Source: Fimbriimonadales bacterium
Lineage (GTDB): Bacteria; Armatimonadota; Fimbriimonadia; Fimbriimonadales; JABRVX01
Assembly (NCBI GenBank): GCA_045862955.1
Contig: BTVI01000011.1
Location: 3,187 to 67,186 of the forward strand
Length of the DNA: 64,000 nt
Direction of reading: 5' to 3'
The notes below the pieces were generated by a model, which had not been told where the DNA came from, ran no database searches, and was given only the letters and a program-made list of their open reading frames with translations. Position numbers and translations under genes: made by a program. Below, one piece after another: positions 17,174-25,999 of the stretch; the first letter of the stretch is position 1; each line of letters starts with the position of its first letter.

Positions 17174-19396
17174 TTACAGCGTCGGGTCCTCGTGCATCGC
17201 CTTCAGGCGTCGCCAGCGGCGGTCCACCTCGGCTTGCAGGTCCGCGATCTCTTGTGCGTGGTTCTCTCCGCGAAGGTAGACGCCCGCCTTGCCCATTGCC
17301 CCAAAGAGCTCTTCCACGCCTATTTTCTTTCCGGTCGCCTCGGGATCATAGTTCAGTTTCGTGATCCCGTTCTCGATTTCCAGCAGCGGGAAGAAGCAGC
17401 TGTCCAGCGCTTTCTGCACGACTTCGGGCCCTGCCCAGTCGGGCGTTACCCAGTTCAGCGGGCACACGGAGAAGGACTTCACGAACACGAAGTTGCCGTC
17501 CCTTACGTGCTGTTGCGCCTTACGCGCCTTTCGAATGGCATCTTCCACGTGGGTTTCCGCCACGGTCGCGATGTATCGGCAGTGCGTGCCACGCATCAGT
17601 TCGATCATGTCTTTGTGGTGGAAGGCCTTGCCGCCCGGAGAGGTGGTAGTGAAGAGCCCCTTCGGCGCCGTGTAGCATAGCTGCGCACCCGTGTTCGCGT
17701 ACACGTTATTGTCGTACTCGAAATAGATGAACGGGTGGTTGCGAATGGCTGCACTCAGCAGCTGGTCGAGGCCGATGTCGCCCGACCCGTCTCCGCCCAC
17801 TGCGATCACCGTGGTCTCCTCGGTGATCAGCCCCTTGGACCGAGCCAGGCGGTATGTCTCGACGATTCCCACCGCCGTGGACGAGTTGTTGTGGAACAGG
17901 TTGTGCATGTAGGGCACGCGGAACGAGGTGTCCGGGAATCCCGTGGTGACGACCATGCCGCACCCGGTGTTGAACAGCAACACGGTGGGTCCATCGATTC
18001 CAGAGAGGAAGATGTCCAGGTTCACGAACGCACCGCACCCTGGGCACGACTGCGGGTGAGCGATGCGGTGTGGCATGTCCGAGGCAAGGGTGCGCAGCGT
18101 CTGAATATTCACTCGCTCTCCCAGCCCTTCGTTCACCACGAAGTCCTTCGGGTCTTCGGGTTCGAACCGCTTGGTCGGCAGCTTCTCGGGCGAGCCGGGC
18201 CAGTGGCCGTAATAGTCGAACTTCGGCACCTCTTCGCCGCGGTTAGCGGCCAGTGCCTGCCCGAACAGCTTCTCCGCATCCTGCCACGTGAAAATGAGAC
18301 CGCCGAGGCCGTACACTCGGGTGAGCAGCCGGCAGTCGTTGCGCTCCTCCTGAAGCACGGTCGCAATCTCGTTGGTGACCCAGCCGGCCGGGCCTCCGTA
18401 CTGATCGGCGCGCTCGGCGATCAGCGCGGTCTTCGCGTTCCTGAAAGCTTCCGCCACCTCCTTGGAAGGGAAGGGGCGCAGTACGCGAAGCGAAATGGAG
18501 CCTACCTTGTCGCCCTTCTCGCGCAGCTTGTCCACGGCATCACGGATGGTCTCGGATGCCGAGCAGAGCGAGAACATCACCGTCTCCGGCTTGTCCTCCG
18601 TGCGGTAGGTGTCTATGATGTCGTACTTGCGACCCGAGAACTTCGCATAGTCCTCGAGGATGCCCGGGATGACCTCCATGGCTTCCTTCATCGCCAGGTG
18701 GAGCTGGTACTTGTTGTTGATAAGGTCGTCGTTCATGTATGGCCCGAAGGTCTTCGGGTTGTGCACGTCGAGGATAGAGGGACGCGGAGGCTTCGGCCCG
18801 ATCCACGCCTTTACATCGTCGCGGTTGGAGAAGATCTCGATGCGCCGCGTTCCGTGACTAGTGAAGAAGCCGTCGTACACCACCATCGCCGGCAGGCTCA
18901 CGCGCTCTGCCCACTTCAGCGCGATGATGTTCATATCGTACACTTCTTGCACGTTGTTGGCGAGGAGGATCAGCCATCCTGTGCCGAGCGTGTGCAGAAA
19001 GTCGGAGTGGTCGCACTTGATGTTGAGCGGGGCAGAGACCGCGCGCGCGGCGATGTTCATCACCATCGGCAGCCGAAGGCCGGACAGCACCGGCAGCTCC
19101 TCGAACTTCAGCAGCAGTCCCTGGGCGGATGTCACGTCTACCGCCCTCGCGCCCGCCGCCGCGGCTCCCGTGCAGATGCCGATTGCCGCCAGCTCGCTAT
19201 TAGCGGGCACGAACACCATGTCCAGCTCGCCCTTTGCTATCTTCGCGGCGACCGCTTCCCCCACTTCGCTGGACGGTGTGATCGGATAAAAGCCCTCGAG
19301 GTCGTACCCGATAGCGGCGATGGCCTCGGCAGCGGCGTAGTTGCCGCTGAGGACGGCCACCTTCTGTTCGGCAGTCTTATGCGTTAACAGCGTCAC
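17174..19396 (-). CDS. 2-oxoacid (pyruvate-type):ferredoxin oxidoreductase, fused alpha-beta subunit
   Basis: 740 aa. N-terminal PorA-like LSGNYAAAEAIAAIGYDLEGFYPITPSSEV. C-terminal PorB-like CPGCG...GGDGSGDIGLDQL TPP-binding region. Confidence 0.85.
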   Translation of the reverse strand: MTLLTHKTAEQKVAVLSGNYAAAEAIAAIGYDLEGFYPITPSSEVGEAVAAKIAKGELDMVFVPANSELAAIGICTGAAAAGARAVDVTSAQGLLLKFEELPVLSGLRLPMVMNIAARAVSAPLNIKCDHSDFLHTLGTGWLILLANNVQEVYDMNIIALKWAERVSLPAMVVYDGFFTSHGTRRIEIFSNRDDVKAWIGPKPPRPSILDVHNPKTFGPYMNDDLINNKYQLHLAMKEAMEVIPGILEDYAKFSGRKYDIIDTYRTEDKPETVMFSLCSASETIRDAVDKLREKGDKVGSISLRVLRPFPSKEVAEAFRNAKTALIAERADQYGGPAGWVTNEIATVLQEERNDCRLLTRVYGLGGLIFTWQDAEKLFGQALAANRGEEVPKFDYYGHWPGSPEKLPTKRFEPEDPKDFVVNEGLGERVNIQTLRTLASDMPHRIAHPQSCPGCGAFVNLDIFLSGIDGPTVLLFNTGCGMVVTTGFPDTSFRVPYMHNLFHNNSSTAVGIVETYRLARSKGLITEETTVIAVGGDGSGDIGLDQLLSAAIRNHPFIYFEYDNNVYANTGAQLCYTAPKGLFTTTSPGGKAFHHKDMIELMRGTHCRYIATVAETHVEDAIRKARKAQQHVRDGNFVFVKSFSVCPLNWVTPDWAGPEVVQKALDSCFFPLLEIENGITKLNYDPEATGKKIGVEELFGAMGKAGVYLRGENHAQEIADLQAEVDRRWRRLKAMHEDPTL

Positions 19397-20390
19397 CGGT
19401 CTTTACTTCCTTTCTCCCTGCGGGATTCTCGGCCACGAGGTCCAGGTGCTCTGCCTCGACGGCCTGGGTCAGCGCTTTGCCCTTCTTGGTCTCCGGACAA
19501 ACGTAGATGCACCGGAGGCACCCTTTGCAGAAATCGTAGTCGATGCCGATCATCTGGCCACCACGAAACACTACCGAGCCAGGATCGGGGCAGGTGAAGT
19601 AGCACTTCACGCAGTGGATGCATGCCGCGGCATCGAAGATGGGAATGAGCCCAGCGCGCATGGTCTTCGTGGAGCGGATGTTCAGATGCTCGACGTTCTC
19701 CACGACCGCGCCAATCTGCTGGTTCTCGTAGCCGATGTCGGGCTTCCTGTCGTAGTCCACGGGCACCAGCGGATACTTGCCGTCGGCGGGGTAGGAGGCG
19801 AAGACGCAGTTTGTCGCCGCTGCCTCGTAGGCCGCCAGGTTCGCATCCTTCAGCTTCGGCCACTGCCCGGCGATCATCTCCTTCATTTTCTCATCCGAGA
19901 AGCCCAGCGTGTGGGCCAGCAGGGCGAAGAGGGGGATGTTGATGCGAGACTTGGTGCTCGTCGCTATCTCCGTCGCATCCAGGCAGATGATGCGGCCGCT
20001 GTGCAGCTTCAAGCGGTCGCGCACCTCGTCGGGAGTGAGGCGGGTGTTGACGATGACCGTGGCATTCTCCTGAAGCCCCTCGTTTAGGCGCATCGCTTGG
20101 ATCAGGTGCTCGCGGAACACGACCAGAATGTGCGGAGTTCTCGTCGGTCCGACTTGGCGAACGGGCGTACCTACCTCACACAGTTTCACCGAGACAGAAG
20201 TCGGAGTGCCCTTTTTCTCGGAGCCGTATGCCGCGTCGTAGCCGCCGTCCAGGTCCATCACCTGAACGGCCGTATCGAACAGCATCTTGCCGAGCGAGTT
20301 GGCCCCGTCTCCCCCCAGCGCCACCATGGAGATGTTACAGAAACCAAGTTCGTCTCGATAGGGCAATCGAGACTCAGTCGAGCTGGACAT
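19377..20390 (-). CDS. 2-oxoacid:ferredoxin oxidoreductase, fused gamma-delta subunit
   Basis: GGDGANSLGKML...YGSEKKGTPTSVSVKL (gamma), then two 4Fe-4S motifs CIHCVKCYFTCP and CKGCLRCIYVCP (delta). ATG 20390 with GGGAGGA RBS. Overlaps the alpha-beta gene by 20 nt. Confidence 0.85.
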   Translation of the reverse strand: MSSSTESRLPYRDELGFCNISMVALGGDGANSLGKMLFDTAVQVMDLDGGYDAAYGSEKKGTPTSVSVKLCEVGTPVRQVGPTRTPHILVVFREHLIQAMRLNEGLQENATVIVNTRLTPDEVRDRLKLHSGRIICLDATEIATSTKSRINIPLFALLAHTLGFSDEKMKEMIAGQWPKLKDANLAAYEAAATNCVFASYPADGKYPLVPVDYDRKPDIGYENQQIGAVVENVEHLNIRSTKTMRAGLIPIFDAAACIHCVKCYFTCPDPGSVVFRGGQMIGIDYDFCKGCLRCIYVCPETKKGKALTQAVEAEHLDLVAENPAGRKEVKTGDAVNA

Positions 20391-20438
20391 GCTTATCGTA
20401 TCCTCCCTATCGTTGCGGCGCCAGCGTTCCATTCCGAA

Positions 20439-20702
20439 TCAGTCGCGCGGGAACCGCTCCGGATGCAGCTGGACCGCCTTCGCCATCAGTTCTTCAGCCG
20501 TCTCACGTCGGTTGGGATCGTCCTGGATGCCGTCCACGGGGCAGACTTCGGCGCAGTGGGGTCTGTCATAGAAGCCCACGCACTCGGTACATCGCTCTCC
20601 GCGCACCACGTAGATGGTCCCGTCGAGAACGATCGCATCGTTCGGGCATTCGGGTTGACATAGCCCACAGGCGATACAATCTTCGGTGATTAGCCTGGCC
20701 AT
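20439..20702 (-). CDS. YfhL-type 2x[4Fe-4S] ferredoxin
   Basis: MARLITEDCIACGLCQPECPNDAI...CTECVGFYDRPHCAEVCPVD. Confidence 0.9.
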   Translation of the reverse strand: MARLITEDCIACGLCQPECPNDAIVLDGTIYVVRGERCTECVGFYDRPHCAEVCPVDGIQDDPNRRETAEELMAKAVQLHPERFPRD

Positions 20703-21058
20703 CGTTCTATTCCCCCCTCGGTTCGCTCCGATAACGGTCTCGAACCCCGTCCGCCGACACAGCTGAGGTTCGGGGCCTTAGCCGGGAACCGACCTGGGCT
20801 TGCGGGCGGGAGCGGCGGCACTCGGATGCGATTCCTTAGCCACCCCTAAATTATCGAGCGCGCGCCCAACTCAGTATAGCATGAGCAGGAACCAGCCCAC
20901 GAGGATTCGTGCTTTTTTTCGCAACTGATTGGGCAAAGGTCCCAGGGGCGTTTCCCAGCCCGCCGAAGTGCACCGCAACGGGTATTCGGAAGGAGTGGCG
21001 AAGGCTGCGCAGAAATCCTTAGCAACCATTCGCTTTGGGCATCGGAGAGCCGACAAGA

Positions 21059-21418
21059 ATGCTGATCGTTCTGATCGTTTTCACCGTGATGGGGTTGGCG
21101 TTCGTCGCGACGACCCTCTTTGTTTCGCGCCTTCTGCGGCCGTCAAATCCAACGCCAGTGAAGCTGGAGGCCTATGAGTGCGGTCCTCAGCCTTTCTCGT
21201 CCGCATGGCGCCAGATGAACTTTCACTACTACACTTTCCCGTTGCTTTTCGTGCTCTTCGATGTGGAATCGGCGTTTCTGTTTCCGGTGGCTGTGGTCGC
21301 CTCCTCCATGCTAAGAGGGATGCAGCTCGTGGTCTTCATGGAGATTCTGGTGTTCGTGGCGATTTTGGTTGCCGGATGGTTCTATGCCTGGCGAGTGGGG
21401 GGACTAGAGTGGGAGTAA
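21059..21418 (+). CDS. nuoA: NADH-quinone oxidoreductase subunit A
   Basis: LEAYECGP...FDVE..FLFP motifs. ATG 21059 with GGAGAG RBS (track start 21035 is TTG). Confidence 0.85.
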   Translation: MLIVLIVFTVMGLAFVATTLFVSRLLRPSNPTPVKLEAYECGPQPFSSAWRQMNFHYYTFPLLFVLFDVESAFLFPVAVVASSMLRGMQLVVFMEILVFVAILVAGWFYAWRVGGLEWE

Positions 21419-21422
21419 TCGA

Positions 21423-21959
21423 ATGAGCGACCTCAGCGACATGCTGGTGAAAGTGCCAGGCGGAAGCATTCTCATCGGGCCCATAGAGGAAATATTCAAG
21501 TGGGCACGCAAGTCCTCGATGTGGTCTCTGACCTTCGGTCTCTCGTGCTGTGCGATCGAGATGATCTCGACGGCAGCTTCCCACTACGATCTCGACCGGT
21601 TCGGCATTCTCTTCCGTGCGACGCCGAGGCAAGCGGACGTGATGATCGTGGCGGGATGGGTCTCCGTGAAGATGGCTCCACTCATCCGGCGGCTGTACGA
21701 GCAGATGCCCGAGCCCAAGTACGTGGTGGCAATGGGCGGGTGTGCGAGCGCCGGCGGGCCCTATCGAGACTCGGAGACCATCGTGAAGGGCGTTGACAAC
21801 ATCGTGCCCGTGGATGTGTATGTCTACGGCTGCCCTCCACGGCCCGAGAACCTGATCCATGGTCTGCTGATGTTGCAGGAGAGAATCAGCAAGGAGTCGC
21901 TCCGTCGCGACCCGGAAGACCCGACCGCAACACCAGAGCCAATCGTGATTCAGGCATGA
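21423..21959 (+). CDS. nuoB: NADH-quinone oxidoreductase subunit B
   Basis: [10 protein letters not shown]...[11 protein letters not shown]...GCPPRPE. Confidence 0.95.
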   Translation: MSDLSDMLVKVPGGSILIGPIEEIFKWARKSSMWSLTFGLSCCAIEMISTAASHYDLDRFGILFRATPRQADVMIVAGWVSVKMAPLIRRLYEQMPEPKYVVAMGGCASAGGPYRDSETIVKGVDNIVPVDVYVYGCPPRPENLIHGLLMLQERISKESLRRDPEDPTATPEPIVIQA

Positions 21960-22465
21960 GTGAGACGGTGGACCTCGGCTTCCTTCCCCAGCTGCAGTCG
22001 CGCTTCGGCAGCGCCTTGCTCGCTGCCGAGTGGACCGGGCGCGATGCTAGGGTCACCGTAGCGCTCGATGCGTTACCCGATCTGCTTCGGTTTGCCCGCG
22101 ATGAGCTCAACCCACCGATGAAGTACCCTGCAATGCTGACCGCCTATGACACGGGAGAGGAGTTGATCCTCGTCTACCGCCTGGCTTCGCTGGAGCACCA
22201 GCAGTTTCTCCTGGTGCATGCTCCTGTGTCCCGCACGGACCCCGTCGCACCCTCTTCGACTGCCCTCTGGCCCGGAATGAACTGGCACGAGCGCGAGGTC
22301 TTCGATATGTTCGGCATACGCTTCGAGGGTCACCCGAACCTCCAACGCATTCTGCTGCCGGACGATTGGGAGGGCCACCCCTTCCGAAAGGACTACGTCT
22401 CTGTTCCGAGTGGGGATCCCCTCCGAGGCCCGCAGCCTACGGATCCGGTGGGAGGTCGAAAATGA
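21956..22465 (+). CDS. nuoC: NADH-quinone oxidoreductase subunit C
   Basis: [43 protein letters not shown] overlap with nuoB. Confidence 0.9.
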   Translation: MSETVDLGFLPQLQSRFGSALLAAEWTGRDARVTVALDALPDLLRFARDELNPPMKYPAMLTAYDTGEELILVYRLASLEHQQFLLVHAPVSRTDPVAPSSTALWPGMNWHEREVFDMFGIRFEGHPNLQRILLPDDWEGHPFRKDYVSVPSGDPLRGPQPTDPVGGRK

Positions 22466-23592
22466 GGGAGGTGGTCACGACCCTCGAAACCCGAGAGATC
22501 GTCACCGAGGGGATGGTTCTCAACATGGGTCCGCAGCACCCCTCGACGCATGGGGTGCTTCGACTCATACTAACATTGGACGGGGAAGAGGTCATCGAGT
22601 GTGAGCCGGTGATCGGCTATCTGCATCGGGGTCTGGAGAAGTTCGCGGAGCGCAGGCCCTACGCGCACTTCATTCCCTTCACGGACCGATTGGACTACTT
22701 GTCCGCTCTCTCGTGCAACCTGGCATGTGCGCAGGCTATCGAGCGCCTCGCAGGAATCGAAGTCCCCGAGCGAGCCAGCTACCTGCGCGTCGCCCTGATG
22801 GAACTCAATCGCATCGCCAGCCACCTGGTGTTCCTGGGTACTTTCGGAGCGGACATCGGGGCAACGACGGTGCTCCTCTACGCCTTCCGCGAGCGGGAGA
22901 TGTGCCTGGAGCTTCTCGAAGCCATCACTGGCGCGCGGCTCACCTATAACTGGGTCCGCGTGGGCGGGCTGCCCGCGGACATGCCGGATGGATGGGATGT
23001 CGGAGTGCTGGAGTTCTGCCAGCACATGACGAAGCGTCTCGAAGAGAATGACCGCTTGCTCTCGGACAATCCCATCTTCCGCTCGCGCACCGAGGGATTG
23101 GGTGTAATTCCGCCTGAGATGGGAGTGGCCTATGGATTGTCAGGCCCGACGCTTCGTGGTTCCGGAGTGGCATACGACATTCGACGCTTCTGGCCCTATG
23201 AGGTCTATGACCAACTCGAGTTCGACGTGGTGACCGAGGACGCGGGTGACGTATTCGCGCGGTATCGGGTTCGGTTGCGTGAGATGGTAGAGAGCGTTCG
23301 GATCCTGCGGCAGGTCTTCGAACGCATACCCGAGGGACCGATCCGATCGAAGACTCCCAAGGTGCTCAAGCCGCCGGCAGGCGAAGCCTACTCACTGGTC
23401 GAGAGCCCGAGGGGTGAGATTTCCTTTTACATGGTAAGCGACGGTTCTGCCAACCCGGTTCGCTGTCACATTCGCGCCCCATCCTTCTGCAACCTAACCA
23501 TACTGCGTGATCTGGTAGTTGGGCAGAAGGTGGCCGACGTAGTTGCCATTCTTGGAAGCCTAGACATCGTCCTCGGTGAGGTGGACCGTTGA
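22462..23592 (+). CDS. nuoD: NADH-quinone oxidoreductase subunit D
   Basis: [15 protein letters not shown]...LEKFAE. ATG 22462 overlaps the nuoC stop (ATGA). The track start 22366 lies inside nuoC. Confidence 0.95.
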   Translation: MREVVTTLETREIVTEGMVLNMGPQHPSTHGVLRLILTLDGEEVIECEPVIGYLHRGLEKFAERRPYAHFIPFTDRLDYLSALSCNLACAQAIERLAGIEVPERASYLRVALMELNRIASHLVFLGTFGADIGATTVLLYAFREREMCLELLEAITGARLTYNWVRVGGLPADMPDGWDVGVLEFCQHMTKRLEENDRLLSDNPIFRSRTEGLGVIPPEMGVAYGLSGPTLRGSGVAYDIRRFWPYEVYDQLEFDVVTEDAGDVFARYRVRLREMVESVRILRQVFERIPEGPIRSKTPKVLKPPAGEAYSLVESPRGEISFYMVSDGSANPVRCHIRAPSFCNLTILRDLVVGQKVADVVAILGSLDIVLGEVDR

Positions 23593-24620
23593 AGGAGTGG
23601 CTGGCGTCCGTGCTGCAAGGAATGCCCTATGCGCAAGCGTTCGTGCACGGCGCGATCATCATCACCTTCATTCAAGTGTCGGTGCTTCTGCTTATCTACA
23701 TGGAGCGCAAGGTAGCCGGCTTCATACAGAGCCGAGTAGGGCCCATGCGCACCGGGCCATACGGCTCCCTGCAGACACTCGCCGATGCAATCAAGCTAAT
23801 GACGAAGGAGGACATCGTCCCTGCGGCAGCAGACCGTTTCCTGTTTCTCCTCGCTCCGTTCATGGTGCTGCTGCCGACGTTCTTAGTGTTTAGCGTGTTA
23901 CCGTTTGCCGAGAGCTGGCTGGTGCAGGAGTTCAGCGCAGCGCTCATCTTCATCGTCGGTGCTTCGACGATGGCCATCACGGGCATCATCATGGCAGGCT
24001 GGGGCACGAACAACAAGTACTCGCTGTTAGGTGGCATGCGGTCTGCCGCGCAACTCATCAGCTATGAGATCCCCATCGTGCTGGCGCTGCTCTGCGTTGC
24101 CTTCTACGCAGGTTCGATGAACACCGTGGAAATCGTGACGGCACAGCAGGGTGTGAGATACTTGTTCGGAATCCCGCTGCCGAACTGGTTCATCCTCCAT
24201 CCGCCCCTCATGCTCGCGGCACTCATCTACTACATCGGTCAATTGGCCGAGACGAATCGCACGCCGTTCGACCTGCCCGAGGCGGAGTCGGAGCTGGTGA
24301 GTGGCTTTCACACCGAGTACTCTGGCATGCGCTTCGCCTTTTTCTTCCTTGCGGAGTTCGCAAACACCTTCTTCGCTGCCGCTCTGGGTATCGTGCTCTT
24401 CTTCGGTGGATGGGACGGTCTCGGCGGCAATTGGGGCGCGCTGTGGTTCCTAACCAAAAGCTACGTGGGTGTGTTCTTCTTGATGTGGATTCGCTGGACG
24501 CTGCCACGCGTGCGCATAGACCAACTGTTAGGCTTTGCTTGGAAGGTGCTGGTTCCGCTGGGCCTGTTCGCTGTCCTTTGGACCGCTGCGGCGGTAGTGT
24601 TCGGGGGGAAGGTACGATGA
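23589..24620 (+). CDS. nuoH: NADH-quinone oxidoreductase subunit H
   Basis: MERKVAGFIQSRVGPMRTGPYG...PFDLPEAESELVSGFHTEYSGMRFA. TTG start overlaps the nuoD stop. It follows nuoD directly, with no nuoE/F/G. Confidence 0.9.
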   Translation: MKEWLASVLQGMPYAQAFVHGAIIITFIQVSVLLLIYMERKVAGFIQSRVGPMRTGPYGSLQTLADAIKLMTKEDIVPAAADRFLFLLAPFMVLLPTFLVFSVLPFAESWLVQEFSAALIFIVGASTMAITGIIMAGWGTNNKYSLLGGMRSAAQLISYEIPIVLALLCVAFYAGSMNTVEIVTAQQGVRYLFGIPLPNWFILHPPLMLAALIYYIGQLAETNRTPFDLPEAESELVSGFHTEYSGMRFAFFFLAEFANTFFAAALGIVLFFGGWDGLGGNWGALWFLTKSYVGVFFLMWIRWTLPRVRIDQLLGFAWKVLVPLGLFAVLWTAAAVVFGGKVR

Positions 24621-25150
24621 CCGCGCTAGCCTCGCTCGTAGTCGGCTTTATAAATATCCTCAAGGGCATGAGCGTAACGCTCGGCAACTTCGGTGCGCGC
24701 AAGGTCACCGTCCAATACCCGCAGCAGCGGCGAAGAGTCAGCCCTCGCTATCGTGGTATGTTCTACCTGAAGTGGAACCCGGAGAAAGAGCGCCTCAACT
24801 GCGTGGGTTGCACACTGTGCGCGCAAGCGTGTCCAACCGACGTGATCACGATGCATAAGGTCGGGAAGGGAACTGATGCCGGTGTAGACGAGTTCACTAT
24901 GGACCTCGGAAGGTGCATGTTCTGCGAACTGTGTGTGGAGGCATGTCCCTTCGATGCCATCTATATGGGGCAGGAGTACGAGTTCGCAACATACCAGCGC
25001 GAGCAATGTGTGATGACGATCGACGCCCTGGCGCAGGGAGGCGAAGCCAACGTGCGACTGAACAATGAGACGCTGCTGCGGCTGGAGAAGGAAGCCGAGC
25101 AGAAGCGCGCCGCAAAGGCCGAAGGACACGAAGCGGAGAAGAAGGATTGA
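24617..25150 (+). CDS. nuoI: NADH-quinone oxidoreductase subunit I
   Basis: CVGCTLCAQACP and CMFCELCVEACP. ATG 24617 (ATGA overlap with nuoH). Confidence 0.9.
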   Translation: MTALASLVVGFINILKGMSVTLGNFGARKVTVQYPQQRRRVSPRYRGMFYLKWNPEKERLNCVGCTLCAQACPTDVITMHKVGKGTDAGVDEFTMDLGRCMFCELCVEACPFDAIYMGQEYEFATYQREQCVMTIDALAQGGEANVRLNNETLLRLEKEAEQKRAAKAEGHEAEKKD

Positions 25151-25734
25151 TGGAGATCGCGCTGTTCTACGGCATAGTAGGGCTGGTGCTGGCATCCGGC
25201 GCAGCCGTGGTGCTACTGCGGAACCTAGTGCACGCGGGGCTGTGGTTGATCGTGTGCTTTCTGGGTGTCGCCTGCCTATTCCTGATGCTGCAGTCCGAGC
25301 TGCTATTCGCGATACAGCTAACCATCTATGCAGGCGCGATACCGATTTTGTTGCTATTCGTTCTGATGCTCACGCGCGAGGTGATGAGTGTCGAGCAGAC
25401 CGCACACTCGCGCATGTGGCCGCTCGGTATCGGTGCCGCGTTGGCATTCTTGCTCATCGCGTTGCCGAGGACCGAGGGCATAGGTGCTAGCACACCGCTG
25501 CCGCCGGTTCCGGCCGACCTGACGGCGCAGATCGGTCGCGGCTTCCTCGGAGAATACGTGTTGCCGTTCGAGGTGGCATCTTTGCTCCTGTTAGCTGCGT
25601 TGGTCGGCGCAATCTACCTGGCTCGTGCCGAAAAGGCCCCCGCGGCCGCGACACGCGAAGAAACCCCCACGGAGGAGACGATTGGAAGGGATACCGCTTC
25701 AGCACTGGCTGATCGCAGCGACGTTGCTGTTTAG
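25150..25734 (+). CDS. nuoJ: NADH-quinone oxidoreductase subunit J
   Basis: Hydrophobic NuoJ-like N-terminus, ATG 25150 (TGATG with the nuoI stop). Ala/Glu/Thr-rich C-terminal tail. Confidence 0.85.
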   Translation: MEIALFYGIVGLVLASGAAVVLLRNLVHAGLWLIVCFLGVACLFLMLQSELLFAIQLTIYAGAIPILLLFVLMLTREVMSVEQTAHSRMWPLGIGAALAFLLIALPRTEGIGASTPLPPVPADLTAQIGRGFLGEYVLPFEVASLLLLAALVGAIYLARAEKAPAAATREETPTEETIGRDTASALADRSDVAV

Positions 25735-25996
25735 CATGGGGCTGTTCGGCGTCATTGCGCGCCGCAGTACCATCGCCCTGCTGATGTCCATCGAGTTGAT
25801 GCTCGCTGCGGCAAACATCAACTTCTTGGCCTTCTGGCGCTATCGCTGGGTGAGCAGCATCGAGGCGCCGGTGTTCGTAACGATCATCATTTTGGTGGCA
25901 GCGTGCGAAGTGGCGGTGGGTCTCGGCATCATTCTCAGCATGTTTCGGCGGTTCCGCTCGGCCGATGTAGAAGACTTGAAGGAGATGCAGGGCTAG
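25682..25996 (+). CDS. nuoK: NADH-quinone oxidoreductase subunit K
   Basis: IPLQHWLIAATLLFSMGLFGVIARRSTIALLMSIELMLAAANINFLAF. TTG 25682 preceded by GGAGGAG. Overlaps the nuoJ tail. Confidence 0.8.
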   Translation: MEGIPLQHWLIAATLLFSMGLFGVIARRSTIALLMSIELMLAAANINFLAFWRYRWVSSIEAPVFVTIIILVAACEVAVGLGIILSMFRRFRSADVEDLKEMQG

Positions 25997-25999
25997 GGC

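Noticed and set aside
17735-19387. 550-aa plus-strand ORF antisense to the PFOR alpha-beta gene. Similar long shadow ORFs at 6644-7588, 26264-27121, 36809-37726, 44038-45051 and 58623-60008
   Set aside because: Arg/Ala/Gly/His-rich low-complexity translations lying exactly opposite strongly recognisable genes. This is the typical stop-poor antisense frame of GC-rich coding DNA.
20898-20919. Hairpin CACGA-ggat-TCGTG followed by a T7 run, about 140 nt upstream of nuoA (possible attenuator or small-RNA terminator)
   Set aside because: The stem is only 5 bp, and there is no convincing promoter or upstream transcript on the plus strand. The T-run is striking in this GC-rich context, but the evidence is insufficient.
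22366-22461. Long N-terminal extensions in the ORF track (nuoD 22366, nuoI 24410, nuoN 29223, nuoK 25625, GH36 36311, uvrC 43737, discoidin protein 48184, cupin 8078, carB 57905)
   Set aside because: The extensions overlap upstream genes or read as non-protein-like sequence. Internal starts with RBS and/or stop-start overlaps match the family N-termini.
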